DNA from: Amoebidium appalachense
Lineage: Eukaryota; Protista; Ichthyosporea
DNA length: 64,000 nucleotides
NCBI GenBank assembly: GCA_963693365.1
Contig: CAVNZM010000016.1
Location: forward strand, 398,595 to 462,594
Direction of reading: 5' to 3'
Shown: piece by piece, positions 43,699 through 58,754 of the stretch
Position numbering within the stretch: position 1 is the stretch's first letter
Layout of the letters: each line of letters starts with the position of its first letter
Program-made: the position numbers and the translations under genes
Notes under the pieces: model-generated
Databases searched by the model: none
The model's input: the letters and a program-made list of their open reading frames with translations, nothing else
Told to the model about the DNA's origin: nothing

Positions 43699-44830
43699 AG
43701 AATTTTGTATATGATGTGTTTCTCAAGCCAATCATTATACATCTAATAAACAGGTCCGGCATAGTTACGCGTGTTTAGTATAAAAACAAGGATGTTGTAA
43801 TTTTCAGGTAGGCTATCTTTCTTGGTGTCTGTTGTGAATGTGTCATGTGTGTGTTGCGGTATTATGTGGTCTATGAAACTACACTTGGCGATACATGACC
43901 GTTTAAACTGGTGTGTGTGTGTGTTGTTTGGACATGCAAACGATGCCACTATACTTATTAGATCTCCACTGTATAGCACGTGTACAGTAAAAGCATATCT
44001 GATCAATAATACCATCAGCTAGAGAAAGACCAATTCTACAGGAAGGTAATATGTATTTAGGTGTTACACATTTGCGAGTGTCATATTTGGCAATATGGTT
44101 AAGGCGGTCATTATATATAAAACGAGACATAACGCTTAGTTTTTCAAGGTGTATGCTTTCATCGGGTCTAGTGTCGTGTGGTATCTTTTTCCATTTGTTA
44201 TATTGCGTAATTATTTTGTGATTATGTACATGTCTAATAAGTAAGTGGCAGTCCAAAGTCACACGCACACTTTTGCGGGGTTTATTTGTATTTGTGCCCG
44301 GGGAAGAAGGAGAGAGAGAGGGAAGGAAAGAGGGGAGAGGTGGGGAGAGGACAGGTCGGATAGAGAAAAGAGGGTGGGAGGGCAAATAATTCTTTAAGCG
44401 GCTTATGTGCTTATTGAATTTCAGCGCGAAATGGGATACTCTAGCAGCTATTGGGACCAGACCATATATCGAGAGCGTTACAGGCCCAGGTGTACAACAG
44501 TTGTTACATAGAAAGGAGGCAACATCTGCTTCAAGGAAATTTGCCAAGGGTTTAAGCGCTCTAGTTCTCTCTTTCTTGATCCAAGCGGCAAGAAGGGGTA
44601 AACCATATTCACATGCCGGGAAGACAAAAATGAGAATAAATGTAAGTCTAATAGAAGGATGGAGGGGTGTGTCTTTAAAAATATTAGCCGAGAAGAAAGC
44701 TAACCGCTTACAAGCCAGCTCTACCCTCTTTTCAACCATATGGGAAAACATAACACCAACAGAATTAACCGGAACACCAAGATATTTGTATTCTGGAACT
44801 ATAGGTACAGGTTTTAGGATGATAATGTAA
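43373..44830 (-). mobile_element. Degenerate non-LTR retrotransposon, 3' part
   Basis: EYKYLGVP (RT domain 7), thumb FPACEYGLPLL, Cys/His-rich C-terminus, then (CA)n, A-rich tract and the 200-bp module. Confidence 0.7.
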
Positions 44831-45699
44831 ATGTGTGTAAATTGTTAGCTATATGAGGTACAAGAACACCACATTTGTCTATGTTAAGGATCATAAGGTT
44901 TGCCTTGCACCTCTCTCTAATAGTATGCCCAATGATAATAGCTCCAGGCTAGCGTCTAGCTCTCCTATTAGATCGCTCCCCAACCCCCCCCCCCCCCCCC
45001 CCCCCTCCACACACACACACAAACACATTTCGACTCCATATTATTAGTTGGCTGTATGTAGTAGTACTCTCTCTCTCCCGACCGTTATTACATACTTAAA
45101 TATCATATATTTATAAAGTATCACGTGCGCCCAATTCCTCCCTATTTTATTTGTGCGTGTGTGCGTGTGGCTGTATGTATGTGCTCACCTCATGATAAAT
45201 ATTAGATCTGACACCGGTCCACTACGGTACTAGCTGCCAAGTTAAACATTCACCCAGGTGTAAGTCCGAACACGCATGCACTTGCTTCAAAGTGAAGGTG
45301 TACTGTCCGCTGTGGCACACATATATATCATAAAATCTTATACATAAAGTTAGGGAGTATTGATTTTAAAGCTGGGAGGGGGGTGGGCACGAACGGAGGG
45401 GGAGGGGAGGGGGATAGGTGGTAGACCGAAAAAACCTACCCCCTCCCCCCCCCCCCCTCCCTCTCCCGAGGGGGAGGGGGTAGAGGGTACGAGAGGGGAG
45501 GGGGGGGGGTAGGTGGTAGAATTTTGGGGGGGAGTCCGGGGGGGGGGGGGGGGGGGGGAGGTGCATGGTGCACACGGTTATGTACACATGCTAGGCTAGG
45601 GTTAACATGCATGTGAAAATGTGAAGATGTGAAGAGTGAGTGAGTGTGTGAGTGAGTGTGTGTGTGTGTGTGTGTTTGCGGAGTGGGGGACTTCAAGTG

Positions 45700-46842
45700 G
45701 CAGGTTGGGATACAGATTTTCGGCAAAGTAGGATGTACCTGTACGTATACGTACACCTATACAACCGTCTTGGTATATTTCGCACATATATTCGCCGTTT
45801 GTCTGAATACGGGTTGCCCTTATAATAGCTATGACACCCCCCGATACTGTGGATAATGTCCTCCAATCAATAGATGATTTCCACTACACAACTTGTACGT
45901 TTCTCACTGGTCTTTCCACACCTATCCCTAGACGCCTTTTTGATTCTCTCTACGCACTCACACCACCATCACAACGCGTACACGGATTAGCCCTTAAATT
46001 TGACGAGCACATCACCCGCCTGTCCGCTTGTGCCCTGGACCACCCGCTCTTCCGGCTACACGCATCCCCGCCAGACTCACCCCTCTACCTCTTCCCTTCC
46101 ACATCGTCTCTGCCCATTGTCGAGCGTTATGCGGAATGGCTGGCGACCCCACCGGAGGTACGGCTAGATCATAGTGTGAATATGAATAGTTTCAAGTCTA
46201 TGGCTGATATGATATCTTTTTACTCTACGTGTTGAGCCCCTTCCTGTGTTAGGACCGCAAAAACACCAACTACTAGTAGCCTATATGGCGGATACGGTTA
46301 GAGAGTCTCGTTCCTACATAGATTTGTTTATTCGTAATGTGGTGTGGTGTAAAAACGCAAAGATGATTATGGCTTGGCGGTGTAATCGGTTTCTGGTGTC
46401 TCCTGCTCGTATGTACATGTGTAATATGTGTGGGGGGCGGTTTACTCCCGGATGCATATCTATCAATAAGTGTAACCTGTTAGCTAACGTTAACGTAATA
46501 GAACCGGAGGTTATTGGCGGTTTTATTCTCTTTTCTCCCCCTCTTCCTCAATATATCCGTTTTTAATGACTATCCTAGATCACCTTATTATTGCTGCACA
46601 GTATGATATTGTGATACGGTGCCTTAACTTTCTTTCGGAGCTACCGATGCTAGCAGATCTGCTTACCCATAATATGTAATAGGGGTGTCGTATACTACGA
46701 TGGCACTAATTGTTGCCTAGCATGTACATATGTCAATAGCTGCATTTGATTGGCTGGGCTGGAAAACGCAGTAGGCCGTCGAGTGTGGCTGGGCCCCCGG
46801 CAGTGTCCGGCCGCAATAACTTGAAAAGTGTGTAAACCCCCC
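45700..46842 (+). mobile_element. Degenerate related non-LTR element, 3' part, opposite orientation
   Basis: RVHGLALKFDEHITRL...DHPLF aligns with RVSHFALKFNKHISRL...SHPLF; MAWRCNRF aligns with IQWRSNKY; ends AAAAGTGTGTAAACCCC. Confidence 0.6.
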
Positions 46843-46949
46843 TGGCCACTGTAGTTGTGCAGCAGCCTCAGCCCGAGATTGAGCCAACAAAACACCATCA
46901 TTTGCATAAATTAACGGGGCTGGGAGACCACGATGAGAGCTCAGAAACT

Positions 46950-47030
46950 GATTTTCCTAAATCCATAATTAAATCATTAATGTACACATTAAATAAAAAG
47001 GGGCTTAGGAGCGAACCTTGCAAATACGCC
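46950..47030 (-). pseudogene. Non-LTR reverse transcriptase fragment
   Basis: LQGSLLSPFLFNVYINDL (RT motif B'). Confidence 0.75.
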
Positions 47031-47760
47031 GTGGCGGCGAGGTACCGTGTGAAGCCGTCGGAAAGGGCCTCGGGTGCAGTTGAAAAGCGCCTCGAGCAGT
47101 CGACCAATCACCACCGGGCAGGCGGGGCAGGGCCGGTTTTGTCAGCCTCTAGCTCTGAGGGTCCACCGTTTGTGGAGGTCAAAACGCCTGTCAGCCGTTT
47201 GTGGAGGTCAAAACGCCTGTTCTATGTTTTTTCTCTGTGCTTTTTGCCTATATATGGTTTGTGCTTTTTGCCTATATATGGTGGAGTTTGGCGCTTTCGG
47301 ATTGGAGATCGTCTCTATCCAATCTAAATAAAATAATTTAATTTAAAACTTGATCTCTATCCAATCTAAATAAAATATAACATAATTTAATTTAAAACTT
47401 GATTATGTGTTGCTAGATTTTGCTCGATGGATCGTGTTGGAACCGACCGACCGGCGGATTGAGATAGGGGACATTCTGATTGGCGGGATAGGTGATAAGC
47501 TAAAATCGCGTTTCTGGGGGCTGTCAAAGCTGGCGAGTGTTACTGATTGACTGAGTGGCAATGGAAAAGGCTGGTAAACCGTTTATGTATTTTTTTTCTC
47601 TGTGCTTTTTGCTTAAGGCATGGTGGAGTTTTGCGCTTTCAAATTGACTACGGATTGAATTTTTACAGTTTTGCGGACGCAGATAGTTACTTAGATCCAG
47701 TTCCGCCAGTGCCGGATTGATAGGTTATTGTTTAGCGTTTGCGGATTGGAGAACGTTTCG

Positions 47761-47955
47761 GGGGTTTACGCTGTTTACTCGAGGCAAAGAGAACCAGTCT
47801 CAGGTATGGGGGGGGGGGGTTTGCTCGGAATATCCCCTCAGCGGTATATCATGATCACGTACATAGATGTCGGGTGGTGACTATATATCAGGGTTTACTT
47901 TCTCTACGAGACACCATAAAGACTACAAGGAGAAATCAATTAGTTGGGGTTCCCC

Positions 47956-47988
<33 letters not shown>

Positions 47989-48020
47989 GGGCTCCCCTCG
48001 GGACACTCGGTATCAGCTGG

Positions 48021-48091
<71 letters not shown>

Positions 48092-48651
48092 TGCGCTATA
48101 ATTTTGTAGTGATGTGTTTCTCAAGCCAATCAATACATCTAATAAACAGGTCGTAGTTACGCGTGTTTAGTATAAAATCAAGGATGTTGTAATTTACAGG
48201 TAGGCTATCTTTCTGGGTGTCTGTTGTGAATGTGACGTGTGTGTGTTGCGGTATTATGTGGTCTATCAAACTACATTTGGCGATACATGACCGGTTAAAC
48301 TGGTGTGTGTGTGTGTTGTTTGGGCATGCAAATGATGCCACCTTATACTTATTAGATCTCCACTGTATAGCACGTGTACAGTAAAAGCGTGGTAATTGAT
48401 CAATAATACCATCAGCTAGAGAAAGACCAGTTCTACAGGAAGGTAATATGTATTTAGGTGTTATACACTTGCGAGTGCCATATTTGGCAATATGGTTGAG
48501 GCGGTCAGTATATATAAAACGAGACATAAGGCTTAGTTTTTCAAGGTGTATGCTTTCATCGGGTCTAGTGTCGTGTGGTATCTTTTTCCATTTGTTATAT
48601 TGCGTGATTATCTTGTGATTGTGTACATGTTTAATAAGTAAGTGGCAGTCC
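47761..48651 (-). mobile_element. 5'-truncated copy of the non-LTR element with a CpG-decayed TSD
   Basis: Highly similar to 43373-44256; flanked by AACGTTTCG (47752-47760) and AATGTTTTG (48652-48660). Confidence 0.75.
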
Positions 48652-48879
48652 AATGTTTTGATGTCAGGAAAAGCACCGAGGAATTTGCTAGACGCATATG
48701 GAGGCTGAGCCTGGCAACTGAAGATGCCTAGTGCACAGCCGGCATTTCAGTTTTACAGAGCTCGAGCTCGAGTGAACTTCTTTCTGAAAGTTGAATGATC
48801 AAGAGTGAAAAACGAAGATGATGTTTGATGTGTTATTTGAGTTTGGAAAGGAGGTGTTGACGAAGCGGGATACATTACA

Positions 48880-50000
<1,121 letters not shown>

Positions 50001-50266
50001 CCACTAAACCTATACTGTTCACACACGTGGACACAATGCACCGACAGACATGTTACTATGATAGATCTTAGATGAACAACCTACAATCTAGCAAAAACCT
50101 AACCGCGAAAGTCCGATTCTCACATACATGTACAAGTACAACAAAGAGAGAAAAACAGACACAGAAAGAAAAGAACAAGACAAAAACTAGTATTAAAAGA
50201 AGACAGACCAAAAACAGATAAAGACTGACACATACATACATAAACTTACTTTAATTCGTAAGCTAC

Positions 50267-50303
<37 letters not shown>

Positions 50304-50601
50304 CTTCACACGTACACAGTACACACGAAACGCTTCGAAATCATAACACATTTCTACTGGCTCATCTACATCTACAAATACCTAACTTAACATCCAATCA
50401 AACGGGATCAATTTTCCATTGGCGCATCTATAGATTTACAATGATCTGCACCACCAATCACCCGGAGCTATGTAACCGGTCCACTTGAGAACTTGGATCC
50501 AAACCAGATCTCTACACGCCCAACATAATCTCATATAAATACTCGCTACAGCAACCTCTGCGACACTCACACCAAGCCAACACCATGAACACTCTACTAC
50601 G

Positions 50602-51396
50602 TTGCACGGCTTCCAAGAAGCCAGCGAATGGATACTTCACAACATGCATGACCCTGACCTTGATCAAGACGACAGCACGCTGACATTGAATCAATACGTC
50701 TACGCCGTCTTCTGTGTTCGCATTCTCCGCATGTTCTCCAGAGCCAACAGCACAGTGAGAGCCGCTATTCTTGCCGTCGGTCAACTGGCCACAGAACAAC
50801 GCTTCGGCGAATTCCTGTTTCGCCACGACGTAGACATTGAAGAAAACCAAATTCTCCATATCGGCGCGTACATTCACCCTACCGCTTTGCATACCTACAA
50901 CACCACTGTTCATGGCGTCGTCAGACGTATCCTCAGACCCTTCCCTTGGGACGGCGAGAACCAGATCAAGTTAGAAACACATAGACTCAAGCTCACTCCG
51001 TTCTTCAGGGTTGCTGGTTACATTCATACGTATCCAAACCTTCAAAACCCAGCTTTCCGTTGGACTCACAGCAACAAAACCTTCTACAAGTGCACAGTGA
51101 AGGTACAATCATCCGTCGTCGAAAACATTCAAGCACTCCTGCAGGACCCCAATAAGGGTGTGCATGTTGTACAAGTCGACAACACTCCCTTTCTAGTAGA
51201 ATGCAGCATCCCGGCAGAGCAGGTTAATCATTTCCAACAAAACAACAACCCGATATTCATCGAGGCAAGCCGGCCACGGTACTATCAACACCAACGGGAT
51301 GGTTCAGCTCATACTCGAGAAATGGGCCATTGTGCACATGCAAAACGAACCAATCGACCCCACTACGGCCATCGAAATCACTCCATACCAACCTGA
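50602..51396 (+). CDS. Hypothetical or degenerate ORF
   Basis: 264 codons of non-repetitive, protein-like sequence with no clear start; no motif recognised. Confidence 0.4.
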   Translation: MHGFQEASEWILHNMHDPDLDQDDSTLTLNQYVYAVFCVRILRMFSRANSTVRAAILAVGQLATEQRFGEFLFRHDVDIEENQILHIGAYIHPTALHTYNTTVHGVVRRILRPFPWDGENQIKLETHRLKLTPFFRVAGYIHTYPNLQNPAFRWTHSNKTFYKCTVKVQSSVVENIQALLQDPNKGVHVVQVDNTPFLVECSIPAEQVNHFQQNNNPIFIEASRPRYYQHQRDGSAHTREMGHCAHAKRTNRPHYGHRNHSIPT

Positions 51397-52069
51397 AGTC
51401 GGCAACACTCCTTCTCCTAATCCTCTCCTTCCAATCACATGATAGTAGAAATGTACCCATATATATGCATTTCTCATCAATGCCTACATCTACGGACTCA
51501 TAATTAAGTTATTAAGTTATTATATTATGACATGTTCTCCAGCTAAGTCCATCGTATCTATAGCCTGACACCAGGATGTATTCAAAAACAACACAATGTA
51601 CCTAAGCATTTAAATAAAATACAACACGACAGGTGTTATATCACTAGTATGTACAGCCGACATACACAACGACTACGATTTGTATATACGCTCCAGGGAG
51701 GAGAACATTAATAAAAAAAAATTTTTAATATAACTTCCGCATACGCTGAGAAAAACATGCCACCTAGGTATGTCTGCATGCCTTATGCCATCTATGCATG
51801 CCACGATGGCTGCCTCTATATCTGTCTATCTGCTGCAGTCATGAACACATACACACTGTGTGTGTTCATAGCACGTGTGCGCGTTGTGTGTACGTGTACA
51901 CACGTTATGTGCACCGACATATATCTCTGTATGTGCTTCTGCAGATGTCCGCATGTGTGCCGGTACACACGCACAAAACATGCACATACACACGCACAAA
52001 ACACACACACACACACAAAAACAAAAAACACATGTACGCACGTACACACACGCGCACTGTTCTCTCTCT

Positions 52070-52266
52070 AGCTTCCTTCTCTCACTCATTCTCTCTCTCC
52101 TCTCTCTCTCTCCCTCTCTCCCTCTCTCTCTCTCTCTCTCGCTCGATATTCACAAACGCACACACAACACTCACTCTCTCTCTCTCCCTCTCCCCCTCCC
52201 CCCCCCCTCTCTCTCTACAGTCTCTGTCTCTCTCTCTTTCTTTAAGGCTCTCTCAGGCTCACTCAC

Positions 52267-52331
<65 letters not shown>

Positions 52332-52427
52332 CTCTCTCTCTCTCTCTCCGAGGCTCTCTCTCCCTCTCTCTCTCTCTTTGTAGCTCTCTCTCTCTCTCTC
52401 TCTCTCTCTCTAGCTGAGGCTATCTCT

Positions 52428-52460
<33 letters not shown>

Positions 52461-52604
52461 CCTCTCCCTCTCCCTCTCCCTCTCCCTCTCCCTCTCCCTC
52501 CCCCTCTCCCTCTCCCTCTCCCTCCCCCCCCCCCTCTCCCTCTCCCTCTCCCTCTCCCTCCCCCTCTCCCTCTCCCTCTCCCTCTCCCTCTCCCTCCCTC
52601 TCCC

Positions 52605-52687
<83 letters not shown>

Positions 52688-52690
52688 ACG
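52070..52690. repeat. (CT)n/(CTCTCC)n low-complexity tract
   Basis: Direct observation; similar tract at 53715-54085. Confidence 0.9.
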
Positions 52691-53457
52691 TCTGCGTACG
52701 TGCACATCGGTCCGTTTCCCTGATCAAGTTTTTTTCCTTCTTTCTTTTTTTCCCTTCTTTCGAATTCTCGTTTTTAATTGTGCCCGCTAGAGGCTGATCC
52801 ATGAGATTTGCAAAGCAAATCGAATTTAAGTGCTTGTTTACAATTACAACCCCTGGTTTACATATCCAAATATGGTATTCGTTGTATCCAAATATGGTGT
52901 TTGTTTGACCCTAACTATTGGTTGGTCGGTGAGCCACCCCATCCGCATAGCGTCACCGGAACGTTAAAGGGGGTTTCTTTTAGGTTTTCAAGACGGGCCG
53001 GGTCAAAGGGATTTCTATATATATGATTGGCATGCTGCGCATCAGCTGCGCACAATCGTTTTGCCCGCAGCAAGGTTCAAATGCGCCATAATACAACAAA
53101 AAAGAAAAAGATAAAAGAAAAAAACAGAAATAAAGAAGGGAATAATAATAATTAAGCGTTAGAAAGAAAACTGCAGTTCATATGGTGATATATATGCTGA
53201 ACAACCCGGATGTGATGGAATGGGGACAATTAATCGGCCTAAAAGAAATCCCCTTTAACGGTTCACACGGCCTGTCTGTCTGTCTGTTCGTGTTTCGTCA
53301 TGATCATCAGGCGCGAGCCGCCCGGACACAAAAAAAAAGCAAAAAAAGGAAAAAAAAAAAAAGAAAGAAAGAAAGAACAGGAGCAAGAGTCCGCTTCCGC
53401 TTCAAATCCCGTTCTGCTCTTAACGCGTTAAGGTATTCTACTTTGGCGCAAAAAAAA

Positions 53458-53708
53458 ATGGAGGGACACAAGGAGGACGCAAAATGGGCAAAAGGTGCCC
53501 CCCCCCCCCCCCCCCCCCCCCTCCCCTCCCTTCCTCCCCCCTTTTTCGCTACCACATCCCTCCCCTCTCGCACTTACACTCCCTGTACCCCCCTCTCCCC
53601 TCATCATCCCTGCTATTCCCTCGCCTAACCCCTTTCTCTCCATCACACTCTCTCTTCTCTCCCTCTGCCCTGCACACCCACACACTTTTTCTGTCGCTCT
53701 CTGTCGCT

Positions 53709-53787
<79 letters not shown>

Positions 53788-53840
53788 TCTCTCCCTCCCT
53801 CCCTCTCTCTCTCTCCCTCTCTCTCTCTTTCTCCCTCCCT

Positions 53841-53911
<71 letters not shown>

Positions 53912-54858
53912 CCCCCCTCCCTTCCTCACTCCCCTCCCTCCCTCCCTCCCTCCCTCCCTCCCTCCCTCCCTCCCTCCCTCCCTCCCTCCCTCGCTCCCTC
54001 CCTCCCTTCCTACCTCTCGCCCTCCCTCCCTACCTCCCTCCCTACCTCCCTCCCTCCCTCTCTCTCTCCCTCTCTCTCCCCCTTTCTCTGTCCGTCGCTG
54101 TCTCTCTCCCAACCAACCCCCCTCCTCCCATCTCCCCTCCTCTTTTTGCCCTCTTACTCACGTTCTTTCTTCCCCTCCCCCCTCCAACCTTCTCGCTGCT
54201 TTTTCCTCCCCTCTCTCTCCCCTCTCCTTCCGAACTCTGTCATCTCACTCACGCATTCCTGGAAGAAACGGCCTCTATTGAAGATCTTTGTGGTTGTCGC
54301 AAATTTTTAAATGAGAACTTTGAAGACTGAAGTGGCAAAAGATTCCATGTGAACAGCAGTCGGACATGGGTTAGTCGATCCTAAGAATATAGACTCACCA
54401 CACCGTCCCCCCGCCCATGTGTTGGTCATTCTTTCCTTTCTCCCCCCAGTCCTCTGTGCATGCCGTTGCTTTTGGTGACCGTCATAAGGCTCTCACAATC
54501 ATCTCGCAATCATCTCACAGTCCTCAATACCAAAATACAAGCCCCCCCCTCCCCCCCCCTCCCACGCCCCCCCAAAAGGAATAGAAGCCGCCACCCCCCT
54601 CCCCCTCCCACCCTCTTGCTCACCCACCGAACGCTTCCACAATCACAAGGGCTCATACCTGTACCTATGCGCGAGCTCTTGCTCGTTCATAGACAGGACA
54701 GAAGGATACACTCACGCGCGCACACGCACGCACACAAACACACAAACACACACATGCATGCACACGCAAGCACACACACACACACACACACATGCCACAC
54801 CCACACCCACACACACACACACACATGCATACGCAAGTACACACAGACACACAGACAC

Positions 54859-54915
<57 letters not shown>

Positions 54916-55737
54916 AAACAGACACGCACACACACACTACTACAATCCCACTTCTACATTCCTTCCTCCGCCTCCTCCTCTCACCCACCGCTCTCTTTTC
55001 CCCTCTATTAACTGCCTTCTCACGCTACCTAACCCCAACCCCCCCCCCCCCCCCCCCCCGCCCAACCGCGCCTCCAACCTCCCGGCCCCCTTGCACCCCA
55101 CCCCTACCTGAGGATAATCTTTGGTTATTATGCATACTCTTTACGTGCGGTCTGCACTCTACATTGTGTTGTTCATTATGAATGTGTAACTTCACACTCT
55201 ATACACTAACACCCCCCCTTCCTCCCCTCCCCTCCCCCCCCCCCCCCCCCCCCCTCCCCTTCTCCCCCCCCCCCCCCTCCCCTTTCAGGGTCTGTATACA
55301 ACTTCAAGGTTCTTTCTGCCCCTGTGTTGAGTGGGTGGCCTTTGTATATTGGTGCCCGCGTCACATCTATCGGCCTGGTACAGAAAATCGTAGGGACCCC
55401 CCCTCCCCCCCCCTCCCCCCCCCCCCCCCCCCCGGCGGGCGCCCCACCCCCCTCTCCGCCCTCCCTTTTTGAGCCTCTTTGTTTGAGTACAAAATGTAGT
55501 TAAAAGTTGTGTTGTTCTTATAACTGCATATATCAAGAGGAGGACAACGCTCACACACACAACATGCAGGGACACAAGCACGTAAGAACACACACTCAAG
55601 TGCTCGCACAAACACAAACACAAACACACACATTTGTGTGCCCGCACACACGAACATGCAGGCACACATACAAGCACACCCAAACAAGCACACAAAAATA
55701 GACATTTGACGATCCTAACCCACAGCCGTTTAACACA

Positions 55738-55777
<40 letters not shown>

Positions 55778-55791
55778 CATACACACACACA

Positions 55792-55867
<76 letters not shown>

Positions 55868-55913
55868 CATACACACACACATACACACACACATGCATAC
55901 ACACACACATGCA

Positions 55914-56003
<90 letters not shown>

Positions 56004-56096
56004 ACCCACACCCACACATGCATACACACACACACACAGACGCACACATGCACGCGAACACATACGAATACACACACACACGATCGTGTGTACGCT

Positions 56097-56127
<31 letters not shown>

Positions 56128-56247
56128 GCACACACACACACACAGCTTGCATCCAACAACCAGGTTTACAAGCTACGCAATCTTGGCCTACCCGTCAACC
56201 CCACATACTACCCCTTCATCTTTCCCGAGTATTGAACCCACCACTCC

Positions 56248-56278
<31 letters not shown>

Positions 56279-56488
56279 AAAAAAAAAAAAGAAAAGAAAA
56301 AAGAGGGGGGGGGGGGGGGGGGAGAGAGCTCACACCCTATTGACACATGACCCCACCCACGGCGCCCCCCCTCCCCCCCCCCCCCCCCCTGCCCCCCCGG
56401 TACACATCTTTTCCTTAATCCCTGTTCTTGTGCCATCTAATGTGGGTAGAAACGGGCTAGGGTGGGTGGGCATGTTAGTGGTGGTGGC

Positions 56489-56584
<96 letters not shown>

Positions 56585-57239
56585 TGTGTATGTAGGGGGG
56601 AGGTGTGGGGAGAGGGATAGAAAAGGTTTGGTTTCGCAGATCACCACTAGCGCCCCCCCCCCCCCCCCCATTTACTTCCATGCAACCGGGCATGGTTGCT
56701 CTGTGTCGTGCATCTGTAAGCACATACGCGTTTGTCGCTGCACTGCATTAGTTTGCACATACATCTTCACCGTTTTGCTCACCTTGCTTGCATAAGCAAC
56801 CCTGCTCGTCTTTGATCAAGACGGGTTGACCCACCCAAGTTCAGTTGATGCTGCTGTCTGAGTTGGAGCGTCGTATATACGCGGGCTAAGGGGTCGAAAC
56901 TCAGACGCAATTGATGACTTGGGCCCTCCCTGAGGATGGGCTCTGCTTATGACGCATACTGTGCGCATGGCTGATGCTGCATACTTGAATGTTTGCCTTT
57001 GCATGTGTCCTGCACCATGCTTCTCATCGTGTATGCGTACTTCGTGCTGTGTTCCGCATTCAAACCCCCCCCCCCCCCTTTCTGATGATATGCCGTGTTC
57101 AGGCATTTTCTGCCTGTATGTTTTGATTTCGTGTGTAGTCTTTATGTCTTATATTATTTATTTGTATTTATTTATTATGGATCTTTGTGCTTTTCTTTAT
57201 GTTAATGTTCATGCCTGCCACCACTCTCTAATGCATACA

Positions 57240-57280
<41 letters not shown>

Positions 57281-57906
57281 AAAAAAAAAAAAAAAACCTC
57301 ACCCACCCAACAACCCATAGGAACCCCTCTGATGATGGGCTCTGCTCATGTGCCTTCTGCCTGGACATTTTTTTTTTCTTTCCGTTTTATGTTTTTGGGT
57401 TGCCTTGTTCATTCTGTTTCACTTACGTCTCTTTTCCCGACCCATAAGAGCACACGTATCCCCCCCCCCCCCCCCCCCCCCCCCGGGCCCCCATCGCCTC
57501 TTTTCCGAATAACAGCACATACATTCTTTCTCCCCCCCCCCCCCCCCCCTCTTTCTGCCTCCCCCACCCTTCTCCCCCCCCCCCCCCCTCTTTCTGCCTC
57601 CCCCACCCTTCTCCCCCCCTCCCCCCCCCCATTTCTACATTATGCCTGCGACTACTCATTGTTTGGTTCAGACTCAATGCTTTCCTCTTCTTGTATTAAA
57701 CTCTCCCCCCCCCCCCCCCTCTCCTCCGCCCCCTCCCCCCCCGCTCCCCCCCCCCCCCCTCCCGCCCTATTACCTCAACTTCGTCTTGTTTTAACAACAG
57801 TTCTCATCCTTAGGGGCGATGTGAACACACCAAATGTCAACCAATCGGGTCAGTATCCCCGCCTCCTCCCCCCCCCCCCCCCCCCCCCCCCCCCCTCATC
57901 CCAGCA

Positions 57907-57938
<32 letters not shown>

Positions 57939-58074
57939 ATCCCCCAGAAATTTCTTTGCCACAAGCAATGCAGATGAGCTGTTTAGGTATTGAAACACAA
58001 TCCTATAGGGGGAAGAGAAGAAAAGAAAAGCTGGTGGGAAAAATAAATAGCTCCCTGACACACGGTGAACCCCC

Positions 58075-58109
<35 letters not shown>

Positions 58110-58276
58110 CCCCCCCCCCCCCCCCCCCCCCCCCCGCCCCCGCCTCAGTCCCCTTCCTATGCACAATGGGATAAGGAATAGGAGTGTGTGGGGAGTACTG
58201 AAGTTCTCAATCACCCTCAACCCCCATCCTACAGGTCAATCTTACCCCTGTACACGTACAACACAGACAGACAAGC

Positions 58277-58370
<94 letters not shown>

Positions 58371-58412
58371 CCCCCACACCCACACAACCACACACACGTA
58401 ACCCTCTCCCTC

Positions 58413-58443
<31 letters not shown>

Positions 58444-58462
58444 ACACACACCGGCTCCCCGC

Positions 58463-58493
<31 letters not shown>

Positions 58494-58499
58494 ACACAC

Positions 58500-58530
<31 letters not shown>

Positions 58531-58544
58531 ATACCCTCCCTCCC

Positions 58545-58575
<31 letters not shown>

Positions 58576-58710
58576 ACAGACGCGCTCGCCTCTCTAGCAT
58601 CCTCCCCCACCTACGGTCTATCCAGTGATCGCCCCCCCACCACCCTCGACTACCACAACGCCTACAAAAACAAAACGACAACACCAACGGAGGTGGCTAA
58701 AGTATGTTAT

Positions 58711-58754
<44 letters not shown>

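Noticed and set aside
43373-46842. DNA transposon with GGGGTTTA terminal inverted repeats
   Set aside because: Better explained as the 3' ends of two oppositely oriented retroelements; no TSD or transposase was found.
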